Shown: positions 43,894 through 57,300, counted from the first letter of the stretch. The stretch is 64,000 nt of DNA from a virus (IMGVR_UViG_3300032038_009890:153076-217075), one strand, 5' to 3'. The notes: generated from the letters alone by a model not told the origin. Numbers and translations are program-made.

Positions 43894-45019
43894 TAATGGT
43901 GCTACCACTCCCCTACTCTCAGAAGTAAAGGATAAAATGATAAATATACTTGAAAATTTTGGGAATCCGTCATCTCTTTACGGAATAGGTCGCGAGAGCA
44001 AACAGCTTGTAGAAGATTCTATGCAGACAATTGCTGACTTTATGAAATGTCCCGTGGAGAATCTTTTTATTACATCTGGAGCAAGTGAAAGCAATTCTTG
44101 GGTGATCTATTCTGCGTTTCGTAAGGCGAGGGAGAAGCATAAGGGAAACCATATTGTTTGTAGTATGATAGAACATCATAGTATAAAGAATGCTCTGGAA
44201 GATTTGCATAAGAGTCAAGGAGTGGATATTACATATGTTGGCACAGATAAATATGGGATTGTTAGCCCTAAAGATGTCGAGGCCGCGATGAGAAATGACA
44301 CTTTTCTGGTAATCGTCATGACAGCAAATAATGAAACCGGGACTATTCAGCCAATTGGGCGAATCGCAGAGGTTGCGCATAAGTATGGCGCGCTTATATT
44401 TACGGATGCTACCCAGTATTTTGGAAAAGGAAATATTGAGTTTCTAGTTAATGACGTGAATTATTTGTCAGCAAGTGCGCATAAACTCCATGGACCTAAA
44501 GGCATTGGATTACTCTATGTGAGTGACCCTATCCTACTCTACCCTCTTGTTCATGGTACTCAACAAGGCGCAAAACGGGGCGGAACGGAGAATGTGCTTG
44601 AGATTGTTGGCTTTGCGGAAGCTGTGCGACAGGCTAGTTTGCATATGTATGAGTGGAATAATCATGTGCAAAAGTTAACTATGCATTTGCTTAATAGGAT
44701 TCTAGATGAGATTTCGGGAACTAAGCTTAATGGTCATCGACTCATGCGATTATGTGGGACTTTGAATATCTCTTTTGAGGGGATTCGTGGCGAAGAATTA
44801 CTTATGTTATTAGACCTTAACGGAGTTTGTGTGTCCACAGGTTCGGCGTGTAATTCTGCTTCCAATGAACCGTCTTACGTGCTTTTAGCTCTTGGATGTA
44901 CTCCAGAAGAAGCAAATTCATCTATAAGGTTTAGCCTGTCTCATTTTAACACAATGGAAGAAGTAGATTATGTTGTTGATAAGCTGAAAGAACTTATTTC
45001 ACAGCTTAGAGGTAAGTAA
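43880..45019 (+). CDS. iscS: cysteine desulfurase (IscS/NifS family)
   Basis: IYFDNGATT, NNETG, SAHKLHGPKG (PLP lysine), STGSAC (catalytic cysteine). Confidence 0.92.
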   Translation: MIYFDNGATTPLLSEVKDKMINILENFGNPSSLYGIGRESKQLVEDSMQTIADFMKCPVENLFITSGASESNSWVIYSAFRKAREKHKGNHIVCSMIEHHSIKNALEDLHKSQGVDITYVGTDKYGIVSPKDVEAAMRNDTFLVIVMTANNETGTIQPIGRIAEVAHKYGALIFTDATQYFGKGNIEFLVNDVNYLSASAHKLHGPKGIGLLYVSDPILLYPLVHGTQQGAKRGGTENVLEIVGFAEAVRQASLHMYEWNNHVQKLTMHLLNRILDEISGTKLNGHRLMRLCGTLNISFEGIRGEELLMLLDLNGVCVSTGSACNSASNEPSYVLLALGCTPEEANSSIRFSLSHFNTMEEVDYVVDKLKELISQLRGK

Positions 45020-45020
45020 T

Positions 45021-45398
45021 ATGGATAAATTAAGAAATAATATAGAATATAATTGGTATACGACAATATTTATAAATCATGATGACAATTTATATTGTAA
45101 TGAAGCAATGCGCTTTACTTGGCCTGTGGAATCGTTTTTTGAGGGCCATAATGGAATTCTACTAGGTAGGAACACTGAAATTGGCGGAGACTGTGCTATA
45201 TGGGTAGAAAAAGATATATGGTGTCCTATTGTTCGTCTGGACGGAAAATATTATGTGTTTGAATTTGGGATGGATGCTTTAAGAAACAGTTTGAGCGAAG
45301 AATATCCGAGCCAAGAAGATTGGGAAAGATATTTCAAGTTAAAAGACTACATTGTTAATAATGTATCTGGATTTAAAACAATAAATAATGAGGAATAA
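45021..45398 (+). CDS. hypothetical protein
   Basis: ORF. Confidence 0.55.
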   Translation: MDKLRNNIEYNWYTTIFINHDDNLYCNEAMRFTWPVESFFEGHNGILLGRNTEIGGDCAIWVEKDIWCPIVRLDGKYYVFEFGMDALRNSLSEEYPSQEDWERYFKLKDYIVNNVSGFKTINNEE

Positions 45399-45402
45399 TA
45401 TA

Positions 45403-45729
45403 ATGAGTGGAATAGAATACGATATTTATGTGATTCAATATCACGACCCAATTACAGGAAAGATATATTATCTTTCAGATACATCATGCGAGAAAGGTAT
45501 TGGAGTTGTGGATAATCTAGGGGCCGCTACGAAAATGCATAAACTGGCGGCAGGTTTTGAATTTGAGAAAATATTATTTCATCTTGAACGTGGTGAACAT
45601 TTTGTAATAGATAATGGAGATGAAATAAGGCACAAATATGAGAACATCTATTGTAATGACTTCACATTCTATAATAATAGCAAGATACTTAAAGTGCATG
45701 TAACATATGAAATTGTTGGAGAGAGGTAA
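45403..45729 (+). CDS. hypothetical protein
   Basis: ORF with GAGG SD. Confidence 0.55.
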   Translation: MSGIEYDIYVIQYHDPITGKIYYLSDTSCEKGIGVVDNLGAATKMHKLAAGFEFEKILFHLERGEHFVIDNGDEIRHKYENIYCNDFTFYNNSKILKVHVTYEIVGER

Positions 45730-45734
45730 AGAGG

Positions 45735-45959
45735 ATGAAAGAGACAAAGACAAAATACATTGCTGAAAATTGGACTGGACACACTGGTACAAAGTATCTT
45801 ATGGATATTAAGGATGTTAATGAAAACATGGATAAGTTTACGGATGATATCTGGGAGGCAACGTTATTCAATTCTGTTGTTGATCTGAATAAGGCAGTAC
45901 CGAAGGGATGGCATGATACTACGAAAGCGAAGCCAATAACTATAACGTATGAGTGGTGA
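45735..45959 (+). CDS. hypothetical protein
   Basis: ORF with GAGG SD. Confidence 0.55.
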   Translation: MKETKTKYIAENWTGHTGTKYLMDIKDVNENMDKFTDDIWEATLFNSVVDLNKAVPKGWHDTTKAKPITITYEW

Positions 45960-45963
45960 TATA

Positions 45964-46404
45964 ATGGAATATAGGATAGTGATAGACCAAGCAGTCGTAG
46001 ATGAGTATAACAAGTACTACTTCGCTCTACATCCACGGGCGAAGAAGGTTCCTATAGAAAGGCCGATTATGCCAACGCTTAACTAGATTATGAGTTCTCG
46101 GCGTGTACAGATTGCGGCAATCAAGGCGAAGTATAAAGAATTTGGTATCTGGTTGATTAAGAAACTTGGTTATGAAAATTTGTAGCTAGACAAGTTTGAA
46201 CTGTATTTACACGTTTGTATGCCTAGTAATAGAAAATTCGACCTTGACAATTCTGTTGGGGCGATTAAAGTCCTAGCAGATTCCTTTACAAAAACTGGTT
46301 TTATTGTTGACGATAATTCAAAACATATGGTCAAACTGACTATTACTGGCGAAGTAGATAAAGAGAATCCTCGCACGGAGATAACTATAAAAACAATAGA
46401 CTAA
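45964..46404 (+). CDS. RusA-like Holliday junction resolvase, TAG=Gln
   Basis: RKFDLDN..K..DS..GFIVDD..NPRTEITI; extends 5' through two TAG. Confidence 0.75.
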
Positions 46405-46419
46405 AGGGAGGTGATGCCA

Positions 46420-46845
46420 ATGAATTGGATACCGTATAATCCTAATAAAAAGAGAAAAACAGGAGATGTTATAGGTGATTGCGTAGTAAGAATGCTGTCG
46501 AAAGTCCTTGGTCATGATGACTGGGATGAAGCATATTGTACTATTTGCGCTCAAGGGTTTGAAATGGGTAATATGCCGAGCGCAAATGAAGTTTGGATAA
46601 CATATCTACAAGAACATGGATACGAAGAACATCCTTTAGTTTATAGGTGTAAGAATTGTTATACTCTAGATACTTTTTGTGAAGAACATAAAGATGGGAA
46701 AAGTTATGTTTTGTGGGATGGAACACATACGGTATTTGTTTGACCATGCTGAAGATGGAAAATATTATGATGCGTGGGATAGTGGCAAAATTAATCCCAT
46801 TTACTATTTTGAAAAAGTTTCGAATGGAGGTGATGTGAATGAATA
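46420..46845 (+). pseudogene. papain-fold-like protein with a one-base frameshift near 46740
   Basis: GDCVVR..HTVFV, then DHAEDGKYYDAWDSG in the next frame. Confidence 0.55.
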
Positions 46846-47390
46846 ATAACCTATACAACGTTCAACCTTCTGGTGCATAGAATGCCACAAATTAGTTTAT
46901 GCGAGTTCCTGTTCAAACTAATTAGTTTTATTCAGGTCAATAGATTCCATAGTATTTTTAGCAACCAACTGGTCAGGTTTAGCAAATGGGCACACAAGCT
47001 GATATTAACACGAACATGGCGTTCATTCAAGGTGGTGAGCCAACAGCTAAATCAATAATGTTGCCGAATAACTCTATGTTTTGTTACTTTGACAAGGAAT
47101 TACACCAAATCTTTATTAAAACGGTTAATCAATTCGGAGAACCTAACGTAGAACCTTATTGGTATTTTAATAAGGAAGAAATGGATGAAATTCGTCAAAA
47201 ATTAGGTATGGCTGTAGGAGTTCAACAATAGACAGTATTAGATGAAAGCAACTTTGTTACTCAAGAGTAGTTAACTCAATTATCAGAGCAATTTACTCAA
47301 AAAATAGAAGATTTAACCAAATCCCTTAATAATTTCAAATCTAAGGTAGGAAATATGAATAAGAAAGATAGAGATAAGGAGAAAGCGTGA
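46839..47390 (+). CDS. Gln-rich hypothetical protein, TAG=Gln
   Basis: Many TAG interleaved with CAA/CAG in a low-complexity N-terminus. Confidence 0.7.
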
Positions 47391-47674
47391 TGAATCCTTT
47401 ATTTAATAGATTTAACAATATGTTTGGCGCATCTTAGCGTCCTCCCCAGAACAACGGTGGTCTAGCTAACATCCTAGCCCAGTTCCGCCAAGTTCAGCAG
47501 AATCCCGGTGCAATCCTAGATATCATGCTACAAAACGGAAAGATATCACAGTAGGAATATCAGCAGATGTAGCCATATAAAGATAATCCTCAGTAGTTGG
47601 TACAGTACCTCACTAGAAACCACTCTGCCGAGATAAATCAAGCACAACAACAGGCTAATGGTCTGAATATATAA
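47390..47674 (+). CDS. Gln-rich hypothetical protein, TAG=Gln
   Basis: NGKISQ(Q)EYQQM(Q)PYKDNPQ(Q)LVQYL. Confidence 0.7.
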
Positions 47675-47699
47675 GGAAGTGAATAAATGTCAGAAAACA

Positions 47700-48330
47700 T
47701 TTTTATAAAACATCGGTTCGGCGAAAGATGTTGCGGAGAGCCTAGAGGATGAAGAGAAAATTCCTATTGTAGAGATGCTTGAGGCGGCGTTGTATTGGTA
47801 TGAACCTATTACTAGTTTATGATTTATTTTGAAATTTTTCACGGGACGGGTCTGCTAAATGCCTAGTGTGAGGCAATATATCGCACGGTCAGACCTATAT
47901 CATATCTGTTGGAAGAAGGCTTGGATGTGATGGTAACTTGCTGTTTATGTAAACGTGCCTAGCCAACACGAAATATCTCGTAGAATTCTGACTAATGCAA
48001 ATATTATTTCTAAGTCGGTCACCTCGAATTATTGTTTGCACTAATCGGATAAACTGGGCGAATTGTATATTATAATTCAATCAGAACAACTGAATATTGT
48101 TAAAGACGAAGCTAACATCGTCTATAAACAAGAGTTAGCGGAGACATGACTGCCAAATGTTATGTGGTATAGCGAAGTACCAGAAGTCAGATGCATATGA
48201 CTTTCGCAAATAAATGGGAAAACCTAAGAGGTAGGTTTGTGTTTCTTATCGGGGTGGGATGAATAAGAAATAATATGAGTAAAAGGAGAAAATAGGTAGA
48301 TTTGAGATGAACTTCTATGTTTATAACTTT
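47700..48330 (+). ncRNA. large structured ncRNA candidate (ROOL-like); boundaries approximate
   Basis: About 600 nt without a credible + strand ORF; many stems (GGTCTG/CAGACC, GACGA/TCGTC crossed by GCTAAC/GTTAGC, TGGTA/TACCA, AGTCA/TGACT, TTTCTTAT/ATAAGAAA); family call is from recollection only. Confidence 0.5.
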
Positions 48331-48382
48331 TGGTAGTCCCACTAAAGTGGGCAATTTATGAATATAAAGGAGGAAATGAACT

Positions 48383-49192
48383 ATGTTGAATAATGGTGAA
48401 TTTTCTGCTGCTGATTTAGCGGCTGTTGTTGGCAATAATAATGATGGTTTTGGAGGTAATGGTGCTTGGAGTTTTTGGATTATCATTCTTTTGCTTTTTG
48501 CTAACGGCGGTTGGGGAAACAACGGTTGGGGCAATAATGGCGGAAATGGTGGTTGTAACGTTGCTATGGTTCCTCAATATATGATGAACGTTGCTTCTTC
48601 GGATTAGGTGACTAATGGCTTTAATTAGATGGCTCTCACTAATGGTCTTACCGATCTTACTGGTGTTGTTTCCAATGGCTTTGCCAACGCTGAAATTTCT
48701 CGTGCCAATACTCTCGCCGCAATTACTGGCCAGATGAATAACATCGCAATGGCACAACAGCAGTGTTGTTGTGATAATCGTCTTGCTACTGTACAGCTTG
48801 CAAATACCGTATCATAGGAAGCTTGCCAAGACCGTCAGGCCGTAAATGACGGTGTGCGTGATCTTATGGCACAAAATACGGCAAATACCAACGCTCTGCT
48901 TAATACCATCAATGGTGGTATCCAGGCCCTTCAGAATCAGCTCTTCCAAGATAAACTTGACGAGAAGAGCGAGACGATTGCGAATCTTCGTCAGCAACTC
49001 GCTATGAAAGACCTCGCCGCTTCTCAGGTCGCACAAAATGCTTTTATTGCACAGGGTTTTGCTCAGGAAGTGAACGATCTGTATGACAGGCTGTCTTCTT
49101 GCCCTGTACCCACTACTCCCGTATATGGACGTACCCCGATTTTTACTTGCCCGAATAACGGCTACACGGGCTGTGGCTGTGGCGGAAACTGA
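48383..49192 (+). CDS. conserved Gly/Asn-rich coiled-coil phage protein, TAG=Gln
   Basis: Three track ORFs in one frame separated only by TAG; GFGGNGAW, QQCCC, CGCG end. Confidence 0.8.
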
Positions 49193-49229
49193 TTGACCAC
49201 CTAGATTCTTAAGAAAGGTGGTTGATTAT

Positions 49230-49679
49230 ATGGCAGAATACTCTAATTTAAATCTCTAGGAAGTTGCTTCTTAGGGTGTTGTTGTGTATACTGATGCTCC
49301 CGTTCCTTGTAATCGTGGATATATAAGGCATCGTGATGGAAGCGGAAGCTTTTTACTGAGCGGTGGGAATAATTATTATAATAGTTGTCCATGTTGCCAG
49401 AGAAACAATTCTGTTAATTATCTTGTTTCTTACGGAATGAATGTGGCTATTCCAACTACAGGAACTGCGGGTGAAATATCCTTTGGTTTAGCTGTAAATG
49501 GTTCTCTTATTCCTGAATCCGTTGTTCGTGTAACGCCTACAGTTACAGATGCTTTCTTTGAAGTTGATAAGACTATTAATGTTCCTATCTGGCGTGGATG
49601 TTGCCAGGCTGTAAGTGTAGTTAATACGTCAGATTAGGCTATCAATGTTCAGGAAGCGAATATACTATTTAGTAGGTAA
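49230..49679 (+). CDS. beta-sandwich hypothetical protein, TAG=Gln
   Basis: HRDGSGSFLL..NVAIPTTGTAGEIS; three TAG. Confidence 0.7.
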
Positions 49680-49706
49680 ATATGTTATTATTTTCAGGAG
49701 ATTATT

Positions 49707-49889
49707 ATGAATCAAAACAAATGTTGTATATATACAACATACAATAGTGACCTTAAGGATTATCTTAGTTCAAAAAATATACGTAATATCTTATATGGTT
49801 TAAACCCAAAAACGTATAATATGTTTTGGGTATATGAAAGAAATGATTTATTTAATGCAGAATTAAAGAATTATTTTAATAGTAAATAA
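49707..49889 (+). CDS. small hypothetical protein (DUF5659-like)
   Basis: GLNPKTYNMFWVYER. Confidence 0.6.
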   Translation: MNQNKCCIYTTYNSDLKDYLSSKNIRNILYGLNPKTYNMFWVYERNDLFNAELKNYFNSK

Positions 49890-49926
49890 TTTTTATTAAA
49901 GGCAAATATGAAAGGAGAATTTATTT

Positions 49927-50844
49927 ATGGGTTTAATGCAAATGTATATTGATGTGAAGAATTGTTCTAAAACTACTAAATATTATGAAAGTTTAGGATA
50001 CGAAATACCAAAGAAGATCAGTAATAGAGGTATTGTTGTTGCTGATTATTCGAAAGCAATTAGAGTTTGTGTTGGCGATATACCATTGTCTAGCACTTAC
50101 AAAGTTAAGGTAAAATGTGACAATTGCGGATGTGAACACGAAATTATGTATTCAAATTATATCAGAAATATACGCCTTCATGGCGGATATTATTATTGTC
50201 ACAAGTGTTGCGGATAGTTATTTAATTCTGGTGAGAACAATTATTTATATGATAGTTTGAAAACAGAAGAAGAAAGAATTCAAGGTAGAAATTATCATGA
50301 ATATAGAGAACTTGTCAAGAGAGTCTTGGCTAGAGATAATTATACTTGTCAATGCTGCGGTAAAAAACATGACGAAGTAAATCATTTAGTTATTCATCAT
50401 TTTAATGGTTATAATTGGTGTGTTGAAGGTAGATTAGATGATACAAATTGCATTTCGTTATGTGATAATTGTCACGGGAACTTTCATAGCATATATGGTA
50501 GAGGAAATAATACAAAGCAGTAGTTTCTTGAATGGATGAATATTGCAGAATTGGATCTGCAAAAATATGAAGGAGAACTACCTCAAGCAAAAAGAATATA
50601 TTGTTATGAGGAAGACAAGATATATGAATCTGCTCGTGAATTTGCAGAGACTCATGGTGTAAAATCTAATATTCATATTTATAGAACATGTAATCATATT
50701 GAAACTAGAACCGTAAAAGGTATGCATATATTTTGGTTATACGAATACGAAAGAATGACATAGGAAGAAATTCTGTCGTATGTTAATAATCAAGCTAAAA
50801 TAATAACAATGAAACAATGGAAAAAAATGAAAAAGGAGGAATAA
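49927..50844 (+). CDS. HNH endonuclease, TAG=Gln
   Basis: RDNYTCQCCG..IHH..NCISLCDNCHGNFH; three track ORFs joined by TAG. Confidence 0.85.
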
Positions 50845-50846
50845 TC

Positions 50847-51287
50847 ATGGATTCTATCGAAAGAATTAAAGATATGGTTTATGATGAGCTTGACAAAATC
50901 GCCAACGATGGTTAGTTGACCATGGATGCTCTCTGTGTTCTTGACAAGCTTGTAGATGTTTTAAAGGATTGCTTAACTTGCTAGATGTACGAAGAGAATG
51001 ATATTAATCAATTTTTACAGGACTTTAGTCGTGATAATGGTTACGGTTACTCAGGACGCAGTAATGTGATGCGTTCCTATATGGACGGCAACGGCAACTC
51101 TTATAACGGAGGTGGTAATTCCTACCGTGGTGGTAATTCTTATCGCCGTGGTGGCGGATATTCCCGTGATGACGGAACCAAGGAAAAGTTTATTAAGAGG
51201 CTTGAAATGCTTTGGAATGACTCTCGTGATGAACATGACCGTAATTCCATCAAAAAAGTTCTGGATGAACTGAAGCAGTACGAATAA
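50847..51287 (+). CDS. hypothetical protein with GGNSYR repeats, TAG=Gln
   Basis: AAGGAGG SD; two TAG upstream of the track ORF. Confidence 0.7.
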
Positions 51288-51296
51288 TCTTTGCCA

Positions 51297-51330
51297 AGGG
51301 GGATGGGGGTCATAGCTCATTCCCCTTTTT
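51297..51330 (+). terminator. intrinsic terminator
   Basis: AAGGGGGATGGG..CTCATTCCCCTT followed by a T-run. Confidence 0.7.
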
Positions 51331-51361
51331 CTTAATATAAAATTTGAAAGGAGATGAAATT

Positions 51362-54300
51362 TTGTCTGATTTTATTGATCATATAAATAAAAACGAAACA
51401 AGATATGAATTAGTATCAAAACCGTTATTAGATATAATTGCAACTAGTTATACTGTTGGTAGTCCTTATTCAGTCGGAGAATACGTTATATATGATAATA
51501 AATTATATGTATGTATAGATGATGTAGTAGAAAATACGATCTGGGATGAGAATAAATGGCAAGAAACAAAACTGACTGATTATGCAAACATTCATGTTGA
51601 TGACACATTAAAAGTAAGAGGTAAGGCCGCAGATTCATATTCGGTAGGAAATGCAATTATATAGTTATATGAGAACTTTGATAATAAGTTTGACGAGTCT
51701 GATTCATGGAAAGAGCAAGGAAATACTGGACAAATATTAAGTAAGGGCGAAGATGGATTAGTATGGAAACATGAGATTATAGTCGATGAATCATTATCTA
51801 TTGAAGGATAGGCCGCAGATGCAAAAGCTGTTGGGGATGGAATAAATCGTATTATTAATAATCCCGCCTTATTCAATGGAGAAGAAACTAGATATAGAAC
51901 TATGGTCATAGACAATGCTATTAAGAGTGGGAATCCCGGGCAAATATTTACAAAAACAGCACGGAACACTTCGTATAATTATAAAATACATAATACTGAT
52001 TGTATTAGCGATTTAATGGTAATGACTAAAGAACCATATGAATTCGTGTATTAGATTCCGAACATTAGCGAGTATAACTTAATGTTTATTGAGTTTGAAA
52101 AGTTTGCCGCTGATTCTGGTTGGGTTGATGAGTTATTAAGTGCATTATCTATTTAGTTTTTCGACGAAAATGACGAATTAATTGCAGATACTAATAATAA
52201 TAACATTAAGCCGTTTTATGGATATCATGCTGTTACCGTTGATGATAATGGGGTGAGTATCGATCCTATAGATTCATGTTTGGTGGCTATGTTTGCGAAT
52301 AATGCCAGTTCAGACGAAGATGAATTTATTTCTATATTTGGGACATATAATTCATTGAGCGCAGTAAATTTAAATCAAGTATCCGAGGTTAATGAGCGCT
52401 ATCCAATAATTATTCCTAAGTATACAAGTAAAATTGTATTAACAAAATCAAATACACAAACAACTTCGTATGTTCGTGGGCACATTTGGATTATCGAACC
52501 TATTATAGATTATGCATGGGTGGATAATCCTCCTGTTGATGCTACGCTTACTCAAAGAAATCGCCCCGCCGATGCGAAAGCCGTGGGTAATGCGATATCA
52601 GATATTAATAATACAATTGAAAATACAGTAATAACATAGATAAATGAATCAAATGCTTGGCAGAAGCAAGGAACAGTAAACCAAATTTTATCCAAAACAG
52701 AAAATGGAATTGGTTGGGTAGACAATCCTCCTACTGATACAACGCTGTCACATTCTGGGTCTCCTGCCGATGCTAAAGAAGTTGGTGATAAGTTTGCGTC
52801 TCATGATGCAAGAATTAATCTAGCCGCAGGGGATGCCACAGAAGCTTTAAATGATGCCGCCACTTTGAAAGTCTAGGTAAAAGATCATTCGGAGTCGATG
52901 GATGATATAGAAACCCGTGTTGGAACAATGGAAACAAATTACGAAATGGTTCCGAATAATGCAATTCCTTATCCAGATGAAGGCGTGGTAAGATTTTATC
53001 ACGATGATATTGAATTGTTCTCTATACCAATGGGTGGCGGAGGCGGTGGCAGTAGTTCGGCAACAGTTATTATGACTTCAAAAATTACAAGCGGATGGGT
53101 AACAAAAAATAGCACATTAAAAGATATTCCTGTTACTTTTGAATGGTCATCAACTGAAGATGGTTTAGTTACTGGTCCCGGAAGTGTTACAGTGAGTACT
53201 AATGGCTATTCTCGCACTACACCAGTGGAACAAGGCCCTGCAACTGCTATTATTGAAAAAGCATGGCTTCATGTTGATAAAAATAATATTACTATTCTTA
53301 TATAGGATTCAATGGGAAATGTTAGAAGGCATCCATTAACCGTATTTGGTCAAGAGCTTTCTATCAGTTCCACATTAGACCCCAAAGACCCATTCTATGG
53401 AAATATTACTGTTGGATACACTCCAATTGGAAAGATGCCGAAAGTTATACATTTTGTTCTTGATGGAAAAGAATTGTCGACAGTAGAAACAGATTCTTCT
53501 GGAACAGCTATGGAATATGTTATTCCGCAACAGGCGGCAGGGACACATAGTTTGGAGATTTACGCCGTGGGGACCATAGGAGGAGAAGAAATTACATCAG
53601 ATCATCTATATTATGAATTAATGTGGTTAGATGAATTTAGTTCAAGACCGCTCATTACTATAACTCATAAAGGCGGAGACATTGGACAGTTCTATCCTGT
53701 GAATATTCCATGGCGTGTATATACTCCAAATGTTGCAACTACAAATGTAACCATTTCTGTTAATGGCGTTGTTGTTCAAGAATTATAGGATGTGGATCGT
53801 AGTGAACAAACATTTAATTATGTGTTTGAGAATTATAATGATCCAAACGATGAAAATGATGTTACTGTGGTCTCGTTCTTTGCTGAAGGTATGGTAGAAG
53901 CTAAGAGCATAACATTTAAAGTTGCTATTTCAGAAGTACAAGTAGAAGCAGAAACAGCAGGGCTAGAATTGTACCTAGATTCAAAGAGCCGATCTAATAG
54001 TGCGTCTGATTGGAACGTATGGGAATATAATGGTATTCGAGCTAATTTTGTTAACTTTTTAAGGTATTATGATGGATGGCAAACGGATGATGAAGGACAG
54101 GTCGTTTTGAGAGTAAAAGGTGATGCCCGTGTCAATATTCCTTATATGCCATTCTCAAATTCATTCCTTAGTACTGGGCGGACTATCTCTATTGAATTTA
54201 CAAGTAGAGACGTTTTTAATTACGAAGCTCCTATAATTACATGTATGTCTGGCGGAAAAGGTTTTTCAATCACGCCGAATATGATGTCGTTTAATACAGG

Positions 54301-57300
54301 TACAGAGGTATGGCAAAGGTATAATGAAAATACTCATATAAGGGCCGATTTTGTATTTGACGCTGATACTGTTAGGCCATTCTCTGATGCTGAACCAGAA
54401 AGATTAATTAAGCTATTTATTAATGGTGTATGGTCTAGGACATTAAGATATAAGCCTAGTGAAGTTACAAATCAGACCACTCCTGTCGGCATTTCAATTG
54501 GTGCAACTGGGGCAACAGTTGATATTTATTGTATAAGAATATATAATCGTTCACTTACAGATAGACAAATAGAAAAGAATTGGATTGCTGATACTCGTGA
54601 CCCTGTGTTGAGAACAGAAAGATACTACGCTTGCAATATATTTGATAGCCATGGTGATATAACTCCAGAATCTTTGAATGATGACACAACATATACAATT
54701 ATGACCATTCCTGATATTCCACCAGATAAGGATACAAAAAAGTACGGAACAATAGAACATATTAATCCACAAAAGCCAACACTAAATGTTACGATGAATA
54801 ATGTGGAAATGGCGGCGCAAGGAACTTCGTCTATGGCTTATCCGACAAAGAATATTTCCGCTAAAGCAAAAGAAAAAAATAGTATATTTGTTGCCGGGTC
54901 TAGTACAGGAGTAAGTGAATACGCATTGTCAGATAATTCTATACCATATAAATCATGGGTATTTAAAGTTGATATGGCTTCTTCTGAGGGCACAAATAAT
55001 GTTATGGGGGTTGAGCTATATAATAGATTTTGTCCGTACAAAACAAGAGAGATGAAACAAGATTCAAGAATTAGATGGGGTATTGAAGGTTATCCAACTG
55101 TTTTATTCTATAGGAACTCAGAAACAAATGTTATAGAGTTTTATTCTAAAGCAAACTTTAATCTTCCAAAACGTGCGCCCGGCCCCTATGGATACCCGGA
55201 TGATGATGATCAGCTTGAAAATTCTGATATTCCTAGTCGGCTTGAGTCATGGGAAGTTCAAACAAATAATACTCGTGGCGTAAAATTCTAGGGAGCAGAA
55301 GCATTTACAAGTGAGGAATGGAAAAAAGATTTTGAAGCACGAATTCCTGATGATTATTTTATAAAAGACAAGATTCAATATTTAGTAGAAAGAATATCTG
55401 CTACATATAGAGAGGATGCAACAGGAAATTAGTTATCATCTCCTGTAACTTATATTATTGATAATCGTGCGCCTTTAACAGTATATTCGCAAACAGAAGG
55501 TAAATTTACATTTACCGAGAATAATGGAAAGTATACTGTAATATGTACACATGATACTGCGGCAAAGAGATTAATATAGTTTAGAGCGGAATTCCCTGAA
55601 TATGCTCAACTTAATGCGTGGTGTTTTTATTATATACTTACATACTATCTATTAGGAACAGATTCGTATGCAAAAAACTTATTTATAGGTTTTCGTGGAG
55701 ATGATGTTCAAGATGCAGAGATTATGCGATATTTTAAAAGAAAAGCTGTTCCAGAGCCTTATGATATGGATACTATTCTTGGCATTAATAACTCTGGATT
55801 CCTTACATATAGTCCGTTTTTAACAGATACTGATAGAGTAGAATCAAATATATCTGGTGGAGAAGCCGATGCGGATGGTAAAACTAATGTATGGCAAGCA
55901 CAGGATGCAACAATTATGAATAATATTCGTGATGCATTTCCAGATATTTGTCGTTAGGTTTTAGTAGATGCTTTTGCGGCAGGACTCACAGCAGACTTTA
56001 TTATAAATCTATTTAGAAATCATAGAAAAATATGGTCACCTGCCATTTATAACTATGATCAGTTTAAAAAATATGTTACTCCTGCGCTAAAACCATTAAC
56101 GTATAATTCTACTACTGGAAAGATGGAGCCTGATGAAAGTTATTTAAATATGTTGTAGGGCAGTAAAGATAGTCAAATGGAATGGTTTGTTAGGAACCGT
56201 ACAAGCTTTGTTCATTCGCAATATGCTATGGGCGAAGCAAATAATAACTTTATTCGTATGCGTATTTATAATGAAGCAACATTTGATATTCATTACATAA
56301 AACCAATTTTCGGAGCTATGAGATTTGGCGAAGGTGGAGAAAACATTATTAAGCGAGTTCCACAAGATTTATCTCCAGTTCGGTTTGAGTATAAGCCCGG
56401 AACGACTGTTAATAACTTTGAAATCCGTATATTATCTTCTCATCTAATTAGTGAAATAGAGGGTATTGCCGACACATTACCAAATGAAGTAAACCTTTCT
56501 TACGCATCAAGTCTTGTAAAATTAATTCTTGGTGGAGATACTGTTAATAATAATTTGAATACGTTAACAGTAAAGAATCTTCCATTTCTTCAACAAATAG
56601 AAGTTAGGAATTGTCCTAACTTAAAGACCGACATTGATTTGGAGAATTCAACAGATCTTAGGATAGCAAAATTTGATGGGTCTGGTGTTACTGAAGTGCG
56701 TATAGGAGAAGGTTGTGCAATTGAAACATTAGTTCTTCCAAGTAGTATTACACATTTAGTCCTTAGATATTTACCCAAATTGTAGAACTTTACTATTAGT
56801 TCTTGGGATAACATTGAAGTATTTATGTTGGCAGGAGTTGATGCTTCTATTATAGACCCAATTGAATCTGTATCGAATATTAATGCGGGAGCATTTATAA
56901 ATATTGAAGGATTCGAAGTTAGTATGGATAGCGTGCAAGATATTATTGACTTTTATGAAAATCTTAACACTATGCATGGAGTTACTAGACAGAGGGAAGA
57001 AAATACATGGAAACCCAATTTTGAAGAAGAAGACCCGGAGACTGGGCAAATGAGATTTCTTCCCGCACAAGTGAGTGGAATTATTCATCTTGATAGTATT
57101 TCTGGTGATGAACTTGCAACGCTTGATTCTTATAATTATACAAATATTAGAATAGACGCTCTTCATACAACAAGTTATAGATATTTCAAGACTTACGACG
57201 GAAAATCTTTAATAGAACGAATTAGCTGTTCGGACGGTGTTCAAGAAACTAGTGCGCCAAGTATACCGACAAGAACATCCACAGCAGAATACGATTATAC

